A DNA stretch of 61,180 nucleotides from assembly GCA_014378555.1 (NCBI GenBank), contig JACMNN010000029.1, positions 1 through 61,180 on the forward strand, written 5' to 3'. Source of the DNA: Burkholderiales bacterium (GTDB taxonomy: Bacteria; Pseudomonadota; Gammaproteobacteria; Burkholderiales; Casimicrobiaceae). The position numbers and the translations under genes are program-made. Shown in pieces: positions 8,349 through 18,277 of this stretch. Every line of letters begins with the position of its first letter. Position 1 is the first letter of the stretch. The notes under the pieces are model-generated. The model was not told the origin of the DNA and searched no databases. It saw only the letters and a program-made list of their open reading frames with translations.

Positions 8349-10673
8349 TCACGGTCGCCCTAAAAACAAGTACGCACTTCTGCGCGATCCCGTCGCGTGG
8401 CCATAGCCCACATAAAACGGCCCGATCGAGGTGTCGAGCCCAACGAAAAGACTGGCGGCGAACACCGAGCGATCGGGTGCGAAGTTGTTATTTGGCGAGT
8501 GAGTGCGCCCCGCTTCGAGCGAACCGCCGACGTAAATACCCCGCCCAAATACGGGCATGGTGCCCATTTGTCGAAACATCATCAAGCGCGCAAGGGCAAA
8601 CTGATCGGCACGCAATTCGCCGGCCCGCAGGCCGGACAATTGCAGGAATCCGCCCAATTCAAAGTACGGATAAACCGACTGCGCTTTGCTGTAAAGTCCG
8701 CCAAATTTGAGCGCTACGTCGACGGTGTTGACGCCAAAAGTTTTGGCGTATTCCGACGACCATTGATAGCGCGAAAAATTGTCGGTTGCGCCAAACGATG
8801 TCAGCGCTCGATGCACGCTCGCCTCAACGCGGTAGCCACTTCTGGCGAAGGTTGCCGAGTCGCGCTGATCAATCACCACACTAGCCAGCATGCCCGACTC
8901 GTTGCTGCGAACCGTGTTGAAATCTAGCGCAGCAATTCGCGGCAAAATCCGCACCCGGTCATACAAGGGCCCGATGCGAAATTCGCCGTAGCGACCGAAC
9001 GCAGCACCGAGGTCAAGTGAGACGCGCGTTTCCACGCCCATGAACTGCGCAATCGGACGGCTAACGCTGCCGTCCGGCAAAGGAAATGAAACATCCGCGA
9101 CCCGACGGCGTTGCTCGGCACCTAGGCTCACGAACAGTGTTTCCGACGCCAGCAGTGGCTGATATAGCTCGGTGCTGACGCGCTGACTGCGTCCGATTTG
9201 CACCTCGTTTCGCCATTCAGCTCCTAGCGAATTAAGCCAGCGTCGGGTGTGGTTGCCGACTAAATTAAATTCCCCCACACCGCGAAAATCGGTACCTAGA
9301 TTTAAGCCAAAACGAAAGTAATTGGGACCCCAGCTTTTCTCCTGCACGTTCACCAGCAGCACGTTGCGATCACGCTCAGTGACGACGCGGTAATCAAGCC
9401 GCTCAAAGTCGCCACGGCCGACCAGCCAAGCCAAATCGCGCTCGATTTCGCGGCGGTTAAAAGGTTGAGTGGTGAGCGCCGCGAGCTGCGCACGGATGGT
9501 GTCAGCACTTGAGTAGGTGGCACCTTCGATGCGAATTTCGTCAATGCGTGACGGGCTGGCAACACTGCGTTGCGCCACCATTTGATTGACATAGTCACTG
9601 GGGCTCAACGCATAGTTTGACAGTAGCGGCAGCACGCCGCGAGTAGCTTCTGCGCCCCGATCTATCGCCTCGACGCCGAGCTTGAAATCGGTGGACGACA
9701 CTTTTGACAAATCGGGCACGATGAGCACGTCGCTGGCCTTCAGTTTGGCAATCGACATGCGCACGTTCTGCTCGGTCAGAATGTTCAACATCTGCACGCC
9801 GATGCCAAAAATAGAGCCTAAATCTTCACGCGCCAACAACGGCGAACCAATGTTCACGGCAATGACAATATCCGCACCCATTTTTCGCACCACGTCAATC
9901 GGCAGGTTGTCGACAAGACCGCCGTCGACCAACATGCGCCCCCCGATTTCCACCGGCGCAAACGCAGCCGGCACGCTCATGCTGGCGCGCATCACGGCAG
10001 CGAGTTCCCCGCGATCAAACACCACAGCTTCACCGGTCACCAGATCGGTGGCTACCGCACGAAACGGAATCGGCAATTGGTCGAAGGCGACGCTGTTCGG
10101 CATGCCTTCAGTCAGTCCCTTGAGCATATTCTCAAGCCCGGTCGAGCCCACGGCCGCTCGCGGCGCGCGCAGTTGACCATCGCGCATGCCCAGTTCGAGC
10201 GGTATCGACAGCCGCAGATCGTCAGACTTTCTGCGCAACGACAACTCCTCACGAGGCGGTCGATCGGCAAACATCGAATCCCAGTTCATAGCGAGGATGC
10301 GCCGCTCCAGTTCAGCCGGCGTCATGCCCGCTGCATACAGCCCGCCGATGATCGAGCCCATGCTGGTGCCCGCGACAAAATCAATCGGGATCCGCGCTGC
10401 CTCCAGCTCTTTTAATACCCCTACGTGAGCTAATCCACGGGCACCGCCACCGGACAGCACCAAGCCGATCTTGGGGCGATTGTGAATTGGAGTTTGGCTA
10501 GGGGGGCGAACGACCGGTGCGGTTTTGTCGGCAGCGGTCGCCGTGTCCGGCAATCTCACGCTGTTGTCGGTTTGCGCGACAGCGATTTGCACCGCGATCG
10601 CAGCGAAAAAGCAGACTACAGCTTTTCGCTGAAACAGCCATTTGATAGGGACTCGAACGCTTGAAATCATCAT
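8349..10673 (-). CDS. Patatin phospholipase-POTRA-Omp85 barrel protein (PlpD-like, type Vd)
   Basis: GGGARG, GTSMG, DGG; a POTRA-like middle region; barrel ending in YLFLGRP. Confidence 0.85.
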   Translation of the reverse strand: MMISSVRVPIKWLFQRKAVVCFFAAIAVQIAVAQTDNSVRLPDTATAADKTAPVVRPPSQTPIHNRPKIGLVLSGGGARGLAHVGVLKELEAARIPIDFVAGTSMGSIIGGLYAAGMTPAELERRILAMNWDSMFADRPPREELSLRRKSDDLRLSIPLELGMRDGQLRAPRAAVGSTGLENMLKGLTEGMPNSVAFDQLPIPFRAVATDLVTGEAVVFDRGELAAVMRASMSVPAAFAPVEIGGRMLVDGGLVDNLPIDVVRKMGADIVIAVNIGSPLLAREDLGSIFGIGVQMLNILTEQNVRMSIAKLKASDVLIVPDLSKVSSTDFKLGVEAIDRGAEATRGVLPLLSNYALSPSDYVNQMVAQRSVASPSRIDEIRIEGATYSSADTIRAQLAALTTQPFNRREIERDLAWLVGRGDFERLDYRVVTERDRNVLLVNVQEKSWGPNYFRFGLNLGTDFRGVGEFNLVGNHTRRWLNSLGAEWRNEVQIGRSQRVSTELYQPLLASETLFVSLGAEQRRRVADVSFPLPDGSVSRPIAQFMGVETRVSLDLGAAFGRYGEFRIGPLYDRVRILPRIAALDFNTVRSNESGMLASVVIDQRDSATFARSGYRVEASVHRALTSFGATDNFSRYQWSSEYAKTFGVNTVDVALKFGGLYSKAQSVYPYFELGGFLQLSGLRAGELRADQFALARLMMFRQMGTMPVFGRGIYVGGSLEAGRTHSPNNNFAPDRSVFAASLFVGLDTSIGPFYVGYGHATGSRRSAYLFLGRP

Positions 10674-10739
10674 ATGCGACTACCTAATAATTCTGGCGCT
10701 ATGCCTGGTTGGTACGGCATTTTTGAGCAAAAGCTGATA

Positions 10740-11423
10740 CTAATTTCCAGCCAATACGTCAATCGTACGCGAATGAAATTCCATCCGATAAAGCATCAGT
10801 GTGACGATGCCGGTGGCCGCGATAAAAAACACCGGCTGCACAAACCACATCAACACTGCAACCGCGAAATAGTACGAGCGCATGCCCTGCCCGAAGTTCT
10901 CACCCGCGAGTTTTAAGATGCCCGCTGCACTATGCGCGGCGCGGCGGTCGTCGTCGTTCACCTGCTCTTTGGGGGATAGCGAACCAATGAGAATTGTCAC
11001 AAAATTAAACTGCCGTACCGACCAAGTAAATTTGACCAATGCATAGACAAAAAGCAGGATCAGCAGCACTACCTTTGCCTCCAACAATTGCTGTGACGAG
11101 CGTTGCGCAAACGGCAAACTTTCGAACAGATCAGCGCTTTTTTCGACCGCACCAAACAGCGCAAGCAGACCGCCGAGCGCGAGCACCGTAGTCGATGAAA
11201 AGAAGGTGGCGCTGTGCATCAAATTGGCCAACAGCGACGAATCGACGATGCGGTTTTCACGAAGCAACGTCTGCTCAAACCAACGCTCGCGCATTGGGTT
11301 CATCACCGTCAGCAAACTGGCGCGGCCCGACGTATGTCGATGCGCAAACCAGCCGTAGCCAAACCAACACACCATAAAGATGATGATGGCGGCCAGGTCG
11401 AGATACGAGTAGGTCAGCTTCAT
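10740..11423 (-). CDS. DUF599-family membrane protein
   Basis: RENRIVD, ATFFSST, FTWSVRQFN, GMRSYYF motifs. Confidence 0.8.
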   Translation of the reverse strand: MKLTYSYLDLAAIIIFMVCWFGYGWFAHRHTSGRASLLTVMNPMRERWFEQTLLRENRIVDSSLLANLMHSATFFSSTTVLALGGLLALFGAVEKSADLFESLPFAQRSSQQLLEAKVVLLILLFVYALVKFTWSVRQFNFVTILIGSLSPKEQVNDDDRRAAHSAAGILKLAGENFGQGMRSYYFAVAVLMWFVQPVFFIAATGIVTLMLYRMEFHSRTIDVLAGN

Positions 11424-11491
11424 AGTGATACGTCAGGCACGGTAGAAACTGATTGTCGCTGGTTCTAACTTAATGCTGCCCCCAAAAACGT

Positions 11492-11517
11492 GTAGGGCGG
11501 GCACCCCGTTCCCACCC
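11492..11517 (+). repeat. Single GTAG-type REP hairpin
   Basis: GTAG followed by the imperfect stem GGCGGGCAC-CCC-GTTCCCACC. Confidence 0.5.
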
Positions 11518-11528
11518 TCGCAACAATC

Positions 11529-11671
11529 GGGACACACGGATTTATCAACTTGTCATCCTGAGCGAATAGCGAAGGATCATGCGGCATGCAATTATTTCGA
11601 TGACTTACCGCCCTCCTCGCATGCGAACTGATCCTTCGCCGCGCTCAGGATGACATTAATCCGCATGTCAC
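11529..11671. mobile_element. ~143-bp MITE-like element with a REP doublet core (copy 1)
   Basis: Ends GGGACACACGGATT / AATCCGCATGTCAC followed by TA; core TGTCATCCTGAGCG..GAAGGATC...GATCCTTCGCCGCGCTCAGGATGACA. Reverse-complement homolog of 38573 and 41288. Confidence 0.75.
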
Positions 11672-13020
11672 TAGCCCGCCACCGCTGCCGCAATCGCTTC
11701 AGCTCCAGTCCGCGCCATTACTGCATCTTCAGCCTCGACCATCACCCGCACCACAGGCTCCGTCCCCGAAGGTCGCAACAAAATGCGCCCGTGCCCGACG
11801 AGCTTGGCTTCCCATTCAGCGAGCACCGCTTTAACGCTGGCCTTATCAGCCCACGGCGAAGCCTTGTCAATACGCACATTGATCAACTCCTGCGGCAGCA
11901 ACTGCACGTCACGCGCGGCATCCGCCATCGACACGCCCTGTTCCACCAATGCACGCAACACTTCCAGCGCAGCGATGATCGCATCCCCCGTCGAATGCCG
12001 ATCCAGACACAAAATGTGGCCCGAATTTTCACCACCGATGCGCCAGTTGTTTTTGCGCAGCACTTCGAGCACGTATCGGTCACCCACTTTGGCCCGCTCG
12101 AACGCAATTCCGCGTTTAGCGAACGCGGATTCCAGCCCGTAATTGGTCATTAGCGTGCCAACGACGCCACCGCCCAACTCACCGAGAGTCGCCCGATGCG
12201 CGGCGATGATGTAGACCAATTGATCGCCGTCGTAGAGCCCGCCTTCGGCGTCGGCCATGATCAATCGATCTGCGTCGCCATCGACGGCGATCCCCAAGTC
12301 TGCCTGATGCTCAACCACCATCGTTGACAGGAAATCGGCATGCGTTGCACCGACCCCTCGGTTGATATTGGTGCCGTCCGGCGACACGCCAACGCTCACC
12401 ACTTCCGCTCCCAATTCGTGGAACACGGCAGGAGCAACCTGATAGGCCGCGCCATGCGCGCAGTCCACCACAATTTTTAAGCCGCGCAACGACAACGCAG
12501 TCGGGAAGGCACGTTTGCAAAACTCAATATATCGACCGGCCGCGTCGGTTAGGCGCTTGGCTTTGCCCAATTCGCCCGAGGACACGCAGCGCAGACCAAG
12601 ATCAAGCTCGGCCTCGATCCTAAATTCCGCATCATCGGAGAGCTTGTCGCCATCCCCGTTGAAAAACTTGATGCCGTTGTCGGCAAATGGGTTGTGCGAC
12701 GCCGAAATCACCAAACCCGCCTGCAAGCGCAGCGCACGCGTCAGGTAGGCAATGGCAGGCGTGGGCAGCGGCCCGGTGAGCAAGGTGTCGACCCCGGCCG
12801 ACGCGAGACCCGCTTCTAGCGCGGATTCAAGCATGTAGCCCGAGATGCGCGTGTCTTTGCCGATCAGTACGGTGGGCCTTGTGCCCACACCGCCGTTCAT
12901 TTGAGCCCGCAGCACGCGACCTGTGGCGTGGCCCAACTGCATGATGAAGTCCGGCGTAATCGGCGCAACGCCCACCTCGCCGCGCACCCCGTCAGTGCCG
13001 AAATATTTTCTTTTGTTCAT
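11671..13020 (-). CDS. glmM: Phosphoglucosamine mutase
   Basis: [38 protein letters not shown]. Confidence 0.97.
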   Translation of the reverse strand: MNKRKYFGTDGVRGEVGVAPITPDFIMQLGHATGRVLRAQMNGGVGTRPTVLIGKDTRISGYMLESALEAGLASAGVDTLLTGPLPTPAIAYLTRALRLQAGLVISASHNPFADNGIKFFNGDGDKLSDDAEFRIEAELDLGLRCVSSGELGKAKRLTDAAGRYIEFCKRAFPTALSLRGLKIVVDCAHGAAYQVAPAVFHELGAEVVSVGVSPDGTNINRGVGATHADFLSTMVVEHQADLGIAVDGDADRLIMADAEGGLYDGDQLVYIIAAHRATLGELGGGVVGTLMTNYGLESAFAKRGIAFERAKVGDRYVLEVLRKNNWRIGGENSGHILCLDRHSTGDAIIAALEVLRALVEQGVSMADAARDVQLLPQELINVRIDKASPWADKASVKAVLAEWEAKLVGHGRILLRPSGTEPVVRVMVEAEDAVMARTGAEAIAAAVAG

Positions 13021-13050
13021 GACGGGATTGTACGGACGGTTTAACCGAAC

Positions 13051-13968
13051 CTAGCCGACAAACGCCCGCCACACCTTTAACGCATCAACTGTCGCGGCCA
13101 CGTCATGCACGCGCACAATTCGCGCGCCCTGCGCCACGCAGGCAAGCGCTGCGGCAACGCTGGCGTGCACCCGTTCAGCAGCAAAGTCGCGCCCAGTGAG
13201 CGTGCCCAGCGTGCGCTTGCGCGACCAGCCGGCGAGCACCGGATAGCCCAGCAACACTAGTTCGCTTAATCGCCGCGTCAGTTCGACGTTGTGCTCAAAA
13301 GTTTTGCCAAAACCAAACCCCGGATCCAGCACGATTTGGTCGCGCGCGATGCCCGCAGCCTGACACGCTAACGCCCGCTCAACTAAAAAATCGCCCACCT
13401 CGCGCACCACGTTTGCGTAACGGGGCGCCGCTTGCATCATCCCCGGCGAGCCCTGCATGTGCATCAGCACCACGCCGACTTCGCGGGCAGCGCAAAGCGC
13501 GACCGCGCCAGTGTCCGCCAGTGCTGTCACATCGTTTACGATGACCGCACCGGCATCAATGGCCTCGCGCATCACCTCCGTTTTGCGCGTGTCAATCGAC
13601 ACACAATGGCCGCGCTTGGCAAGTTCCGCAAGCACCGGTAACACACGGTCCAGCTCTTCCTGCACGGCGACCTTGGGCGCACCAGGACGCGTCGATTCGC
13701 CGCCGATATCGAGAATCTGCGCCCCTTGCGCGAGCAAACGTTCAGCATGAAGCACAGCCGACGGGGTTGAATTATGTTGACCGCCGTCAGAGAAAGAGTC
13801 CGGCGTTACGTTGACAATCCCCATCACCAGCACCGGCGCGGCAGCGTCCACCGCCCAGCGAAACCGCCCCGCGCGCCACTCGGTCGAGCAACCGATAGGT
13901 CGCGATCGTCCCGCATCTTGGCCGTCATTAGCAGTGTCGCCAAGGGCTTGCGCCGTAAAATTAGTCAT
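13051..13968 (-). CDS. folP: Dihydropteroate synthase
   Basis: MGIVNVTPDSFSDGG, DIGGESTRPG, DPGFGFGK, SRK, RVHDV. Start moved to the ATG at 13968 to avoid overlap with hemA. Confidence 0.95.
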   Translation of the reverse strand: MTNFTAQALGDTANDGQDAGRSRPIGCSTEWRAGRFRWAVDAAAPVLVMGIVNVTPDSFSDGGQHNSTPSAVLHAERLLAQGAQILDIGGESTRPGAPKVAVQEELDRVLPVLAELAKRGHCVSIDTRKTEVMREAIDAGAVIVNDVTALADTGAVALCAAREVGVVLMHMQGSPGMMQAAPRYANVVREVGDFLVERALACQAAGIARDQIVLDPGFGFGKTFEHNVELTRRLSELVLLGYPVLAGWSRKRTLGTLTGRDFAAERVHASVAAALACVAQGARIVRVHDVAATVDALKVWRAFVG

Positions 13969-13989
13969 TGACTTGGAAAGCACTGTGTT

Positions 13990-15228
13990 TTGATCCGCTC
14001 TTCTGATTACTCCGCCCTCTTCGCTGCACGCATCGATGCATTGAAGCGAGAAGGCCGCTACCGCATTTTCGCAGAGCTTACGCGCCCTGCAGGCCTGTTT
14101 CCCCGTGTGCAGTGGGCTGGCCCCAACGGTTTGACCGAGGTCGTCACTTGGTGCTCTAACGATTATTTGGGCATGGGCCATCACCCGTTAGTTCGTGCCG
14201 CGATGACCGACGCCATTGAGGCCGGTGCCACCGGCGCGGGCGGCACGCGCAATATCGGCGGCACCAACGCGCTGCACGTCGAGTTGGAACGCCTGCTCGC
14301 AGATCTGCACGACAAGCCCGCCGCGCTGACCTTCACCTCAGGCTACAGCGCTAATCTGGCCTCGCTTTCGGTGCTTGGTTCGCTGCTGCCGGACACGGTG
14401 TTTTTGTCCGATGGCGACAATCATAATTCGATGATCGAAGGCATCCGCCGCGCGGGTTGCGACCGCTTTATCTTCGAGCACAACAGCGCCGCCGATTTAG
14501 AGGCGAAGCTCGCCACCATCAGCCCTGATCGCCCGAAAATTGTGGTGTTTGAGAGCGTGTACTCGATGAGCGGCAATATCTCGCCGATCGGCGAATTTGC
14601 CCGTATCGCAAAAAAATATGGTGCGATGACCTACCTGGACGAAGTACATGCAGTCGGCATGTACGGCGCGCGGGGTGGCGGCGTCTCGCAGGAAATGGGC
14701 GTGGCCGACCAGATCGACGTCATTCAAGGCACGCTAGGCAAAGCCTTCGGCATGCAAGGCGGCTACGTCACCGGCGACACCTCGGTCATCGACTGTATCC
14801 GGAGCTTTGGCGCATCGTTCATCTTCTCAACGTCATTGGCGCCGGTGCTCGCAGCAGGCGCGCTGGCCAGCGTGTCGCATTTGATGGCATCCACCGAAGA
14901 GCGCCACTTGCAACGCCAGCGCGTCGCCGAGGTCAAGGCCCGGCTGCTCGCCATCGGCCTGCCAGTAATGGCCGGTGTCTCGCACATCGTGCCGGTTTTC
15001 GTGGGCGATCCCGTTCACGCCAAAACGTTGACCGATCGACTGCAAGATCGCCATGGCATCTACTTGCAACCGATCAACTATCCCACCGTGGCCCGCGGCA
15101 CTGAACGCCTGCGCATCACGCCGGGGCCATGCCATACGCCCGCCATGCTCGACGCGCTGGTAGAGGCGCTAGATACAGAATGGTCGGCGCTATCACTAGC
15201 GCGAAATCAGCAGGCCGTCCTGGTTTGA
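13990..15228 (+). CDS. hemA: 5-aminolevulinate synthase (Shemin/C4 pathway)
   Basis: [47 protein letters not shown] (PLP Lys), [17 protein letters not shown]. Confidence 0.92.
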   Translation: MIRSSDYSALFAARIDALKREGRYRIFAELTRPAGLFPRVQWAGPNGLTEVVTWCSNDYLGMGHHPLVRAAMTDAIEAGATGAGGTRNIGGTNALHVELERLLADLHDKPAALTFTSGYSANLASLSVLGSLLPDTVFLSDGDNHNSMIEGIRRAGCDRFIFEHNSAADLEAKLATISPDRPKIVVFESVYSMSGNISPIGEFARIAKKYGAMTYLDEVHAVGMYGARGGGVSQEMGVADQIDVIQGTLGKAFGMQGGYVTGDTSVIDCIRSFGASFIFSTSLAPVLAAGALASVSHLMASTEERHLQRQRVAEVKARLLAIGLPVMAGVSHIVPVFVGDPVHAKTLTDRLQDRHGIYLQPINYPTVARGTERLRITPGPCHTPAMLDALVEALDTEWSALSLARNQQAVLV

Positions 15229-15395
15229 TTTCGAGATAGCTTTTGAGTTAACGCCGCGGTCTGCATGTCGCGGCATGTTTGGCGGATCCGCGCCACAACT
15301 TGCGTGAAGTCGGGCCAAACACGATGGGTTGTAATTCCGGCTCGAAATTACGCCCGCGCCGGCCGTAACCAACGCCTGAGGCACATCACGCGCTG

Positions 15396-15743
15396 CTAAT
15401 GCTGGTCGTTCGCGTCGGCTAATTGCGCTTTGGTGTCAGCCAAATCTGCTTTTGTTTCGCTCAGATTTTGTTCGGCTATCTTGCGCCGGGCTACTTCTCG
15501 GGCAAGTGCCTGGTTGACATCGTCGAGATTGTCGGCAACGGCGTCAAGATTGTCTTGGATTGCCTCGCTACGTTCGAGTGCGGCAGCGACGTCACCCAAG
15601 GCTTTGACCGGCTCTGGAATTTCCTGCTTTAGCACTTCGTTGACCACAAAAAGATCGCGGGCATTGGCTTCAAGATGCGCCTTGGCCTCCTGCGTTTTTT
15701 GCAGCACGGGTGGCAAGGTGTCAGCGATGGATGGGGTTGCCAT
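15396..15743 (-). CDS. Small coiled-coil hypothetical protein
   Basis: 115-aa ORF with a heptad-like helical sequence and an upstream GGA. Confidence 0.65.
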   Translation of the reverse strand: MATPSIADTLPPVLQKTQEAKAHLEANARDLFVVNEVLKQEIPEPVKALGDVAAALERSEAIQDNLDAVADNLDDVNQALAREVARRKIAEQNLSETKADLADTKAQLADANDQH

Positions 15744-15857
15744 GATTTAGTCCGTTTTACAAAAAACACTGGGTGCAGTTTCAACGCTTTGTTTGCAACT
15801 CGACTCGCGTACTAACAGCAATGATTATCTTGCAATCGGTCCGTACGACAACAATTA

Positions 15858-16007
15858 TCAAGTCAGCCATCCGCTCGATATGGCGTCGCCGCAGGTCAAA
15901 TCAAGGCATCTCCTGACGAGCGTCATCAATTCGTCGATCTGCTTGCAGGTGGTGCCCCAGGGCGGCGCGATGATCATGCGCTCACCCACCGCGCGCGGGA
16001 TGAGGCC
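15858..16007 (-). pseudogene. 3' remnant of a class III (putrescine/omega-amino acid, SpuC-like) aminotransferase
   Basis: GLIPRAVGERMIIAPP..KQIDELMTLVRRCLDLT..GWLT* resembles the C-terminus of this family. It lies downstream of the puuD-like gene and is fused to a half REP. Confidence 0.75.
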
Positions 16008-16325
16008 GCCACCAGTCAAACCCTTCGCTTCGCTCAGGGCAAACGGGCTTGACGGCGATGCCTGCGCCTGTTTTCGCAACTGCTGCGGCGTCGGTGAATG
16101 GGTGAATGCAATGGCCGCTGTAGAGCGCCTAAAGTTATTCAGTGCAGATCTTCATCATCTAAACATTAACCGCGAGTCGCCCCAGCCGTTCGCCCTGAGC
16201 AAAACGAAAGGTTTGATCACCCGATGCAATAACGACCTCGAAACGCCACATGCCGTTCGCTCTGAGCGACGCGAAGGGTTTGATTGCCACCGGTCAAACC
16301 CTTCGCTTCGCTCAGGGCGAACGGG
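16008..16325. repeat. REP cluster of the same family as the 1142 array: a right half (16008-16047), a left half (16186-16216) and a full doublet (16253-16325)
   Basis: CCGTTCGC(C/T)CTGAGC..CGAA(A/G)GGTTTGA and TCAAACCCTTCGCTTCGCTCAGGGC(A/G)AACGGG. Confidence 0.9.
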
Positions 16326-16435
16326 TATTTACGCATTCGGTTTTCCGGTGTTCGGATGTTTGGGTTTCCAGTTTCCGGTTTCCGGAACCATACTTGCCTC
16401 AGCGCGCACGCGACCAGTCACGGCTGCAATCGCGT

Positions 16436-17236
16436 TTACCGCTGCGCCACCCAGGCCCGACAGGCATTGCCGAACGCGGCAAAAATTTGCTGTGACGCTT
16501 CGCTCTCCGATGGCCTCCACTCTGGGTGCCACTGCAGCGCGAGCGAAAAACCGGGGTGGGTGGCAATCGACACCGCCTCAATCTGACCGTCAGGCGCGAA
16601 TGCTTCGGCCGTCAGATCAGCGGCCAGCCGATCGATGCCCTGACCGTGCACAGAATTTACGTCCACGGGCGCTGCGCCAATGATGTCCGCAAGACGCCCG
16701 CCAGCGACAGCTGTGACCGGATGTGCCAAGGCATACGTTTCATCTGTGCTTGCACCTGTTCGACCCTGGGCGCCCCGATGATCGTGACGCCCCGGCAGAG
16801 TCTGCACCGCTTGATGCAACGAGCCGCCGAGCGTCACGTTGACCTCCTGCAGGCCGCGGCAAATCGCCAAGATCGGAAGGCCAATTTCGATGGCGCGGTG
16901 GATCAACGGCAGCGTAATCGAATCGCGCGCTGGATCGAGTGGCAACGAGGGGTCGAGCACGTCCTGCCCAAAATGCGAGGGATGCACGTTCGACGGCGAG
17001 CCAGTGAGCATGATGCCATCGGCTATCGCGAGGTAGGCCTCGATGTCCTCCTTGCCGGTGCAGAGCAGCGGTATCGTCACCACCTGCGCCAGATCGCGGA
17101 GCGCGTCGGAATAACGCTGCAGCAACACCTGCATCGGGCGGTCGTCGTAATTGCGGTTATCGCAGGGAACCAACACGATCGGTTTACGCGGGGAGGCCTG
17201 TTGAATAACGGCGGTAAGGTTGCTCATAGGAGACAT
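16436..17236 (-). CDS. Gamma-glutamyl-gamma-aminobutyrate hydrolase (peptidase C26, PuuD/SpuA-like)
   Basis: LTGSPSNVHP, AICRGLQE (catalytic Cys), VNSVHGQG, QWHPE. Confidence 0.88.
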   Translation of the reverse strand: MSPMSNLTAVIQQASPRKPIVLVPCDNRNYDDRPMQVLLQRYSDALRDLAQVVTIPLLCTGKEDIEAYLAIADGIMLTGSPSNVHPSHFGQDVLDPSLPLDPARDSITLPLIHRAIEIGLPILAICRGLQEVNVTLGGSLHQAVQTLPGRHDHRGAQGRTGASTDETYALAHPVTAVAGGRLADIIGAAPVDVNSVHGQGIDRLAADLTAEAFAPDGQIEAVSIATHPGFSLALQWHPEWRPSESEASQQIFAAFGNACRAWVAQR

Positions 17237-17391
17237 CAGTTCCGGGAAAGTGCTTATTTTGAATGGCAGATGGTGCCCCTAGATCTCTTGACGAGTCAGG
17301 GATTGGGCAAGCACGCTGGCGCCTGCCCGACCACACAAAAGGGGCGGGCTAGACGTCGGGCTGTCGCTCGCGGTATCGGAGCGCCCCTAGC

Positions 17392-17424
17392 AAAACGGGC
17401 ATACAGCGAAAAGCCGTACACCCG
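17392..17424 (-). terminator. Rho-independent terminator of phaB
   Basis: Minus strand reads CGGGTGTACGGC-TTTTC-GCTGTATGCCCG-TTTT. Confidence 0.65.
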
Positions 17425-17435
17425 AATTTCGCGAT

Positions 17436-18176
17436 TTAGCTCATGTGCTGACCGCCGTTAATGGCGATGTTTGCACCGGTCAAAAACGCCGCTTCGTCGC
17501 TGGCGAGATACGCCACTAAGCCGGCAACTTCTTCCGGCTTACCCAATCGGCCCATTGGAATTTGCGGGATGATCTTGCTTTCCAACACGTCGCTTGGAAT
17601 GGCCATTACCATTTTGGTGCCGATATAACCCGGCGAGATGGTGTTGACGGTCACGCCTTTGCGCGCCACTTCCAGCGCGAGGGCCTTGGTGAATCCGTGC
17701 ATACCGGCTTTGGCGGCCGAGTAATTGGTTTGGCCGAATGCGCCTTTTTGACCGTTAACCGACGAGATATTCACGATCCGGCCCCAACCGCGCTCGAGCA
17801 TGCCGTCGCAGACTTGCTTGGTCATGTTGAACGTGGAATCGAGGTTGGTGGCGACCACTGCATCCCAGTTGATCTTGTCCATTTTTTTGAACGTCATATC
17901 GCGGGTGATGCCGGCGTTGTTTACTAGCACGTCAACCGGCCCGACCTCTTTGACGATCAGCGCAACGCAGGCCGTAGCCGAGTCGTAATCGGCCACATCA
18001 CAGGGATAGGCGCGGAAGCCGAAACCCATTTTGTTCATTGAGTCGAGCCACTCTTTCCACGTTTTATTGCCTGGTGAATAGGTGGTGACCACCTGGTAAC
18101 CGAGGGCTGCCATCTTGATGCAAATTGCTTCGCCAAGACCGCCCATACCCCCTGTAACTAAAGCTACGCGTGACAT
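17436..18176 (-). CDS. phaB: Acetoacetyl-CoA reductase
   Basis: ALVTGGMGGLG, NNAGITRD, KGAFGQTNYSAAK, INGGQHM; strong RBS (AGGAGAG). Confidence 0.96.
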   Translation of the reverse strand: MSRVALVTGGMGGLGEAICIKMAALGYQVVTTYSPGNKTWKEWLDSMNKMGFGFRAYPCDVADYDSATACVALIVKEVGPVDVLVNNAGITRDMTFKKMDKINWDAVVATNLDSTFNMTKQVCDGMLERGWGRIVNISSVNGQKGAFGQTNYSAAKAGMHGFTKALALEVARKGVTVNTISPGYIGTKMVMAIPSDVLESKIIPQIPMGRLGKPEEVAGLVAYLASDEAAFLTGANIAINGGQHMS

Positions 18177-18277
18177 GTTTCTCTCTCCTTATTGTGACTT
18201 TAAAACTGACTCTGTAAGAGCGGCGCAAGTTGCAATGACATACGTTCCTCGGCTTTCACCGCCCCATCCGTAACCGG

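Noticed and set aside
13969-14184. N-terminal extension of FolP in the ORF track
   Set aside because: It is antisense to the hemA coding region and shows no DHPS similarity.
16336-16384. TTTCCGG/TTCGG-like short repeats
   Set aside because: Degenerate, with a variable period, intergenic, and no evidence of phase variation.
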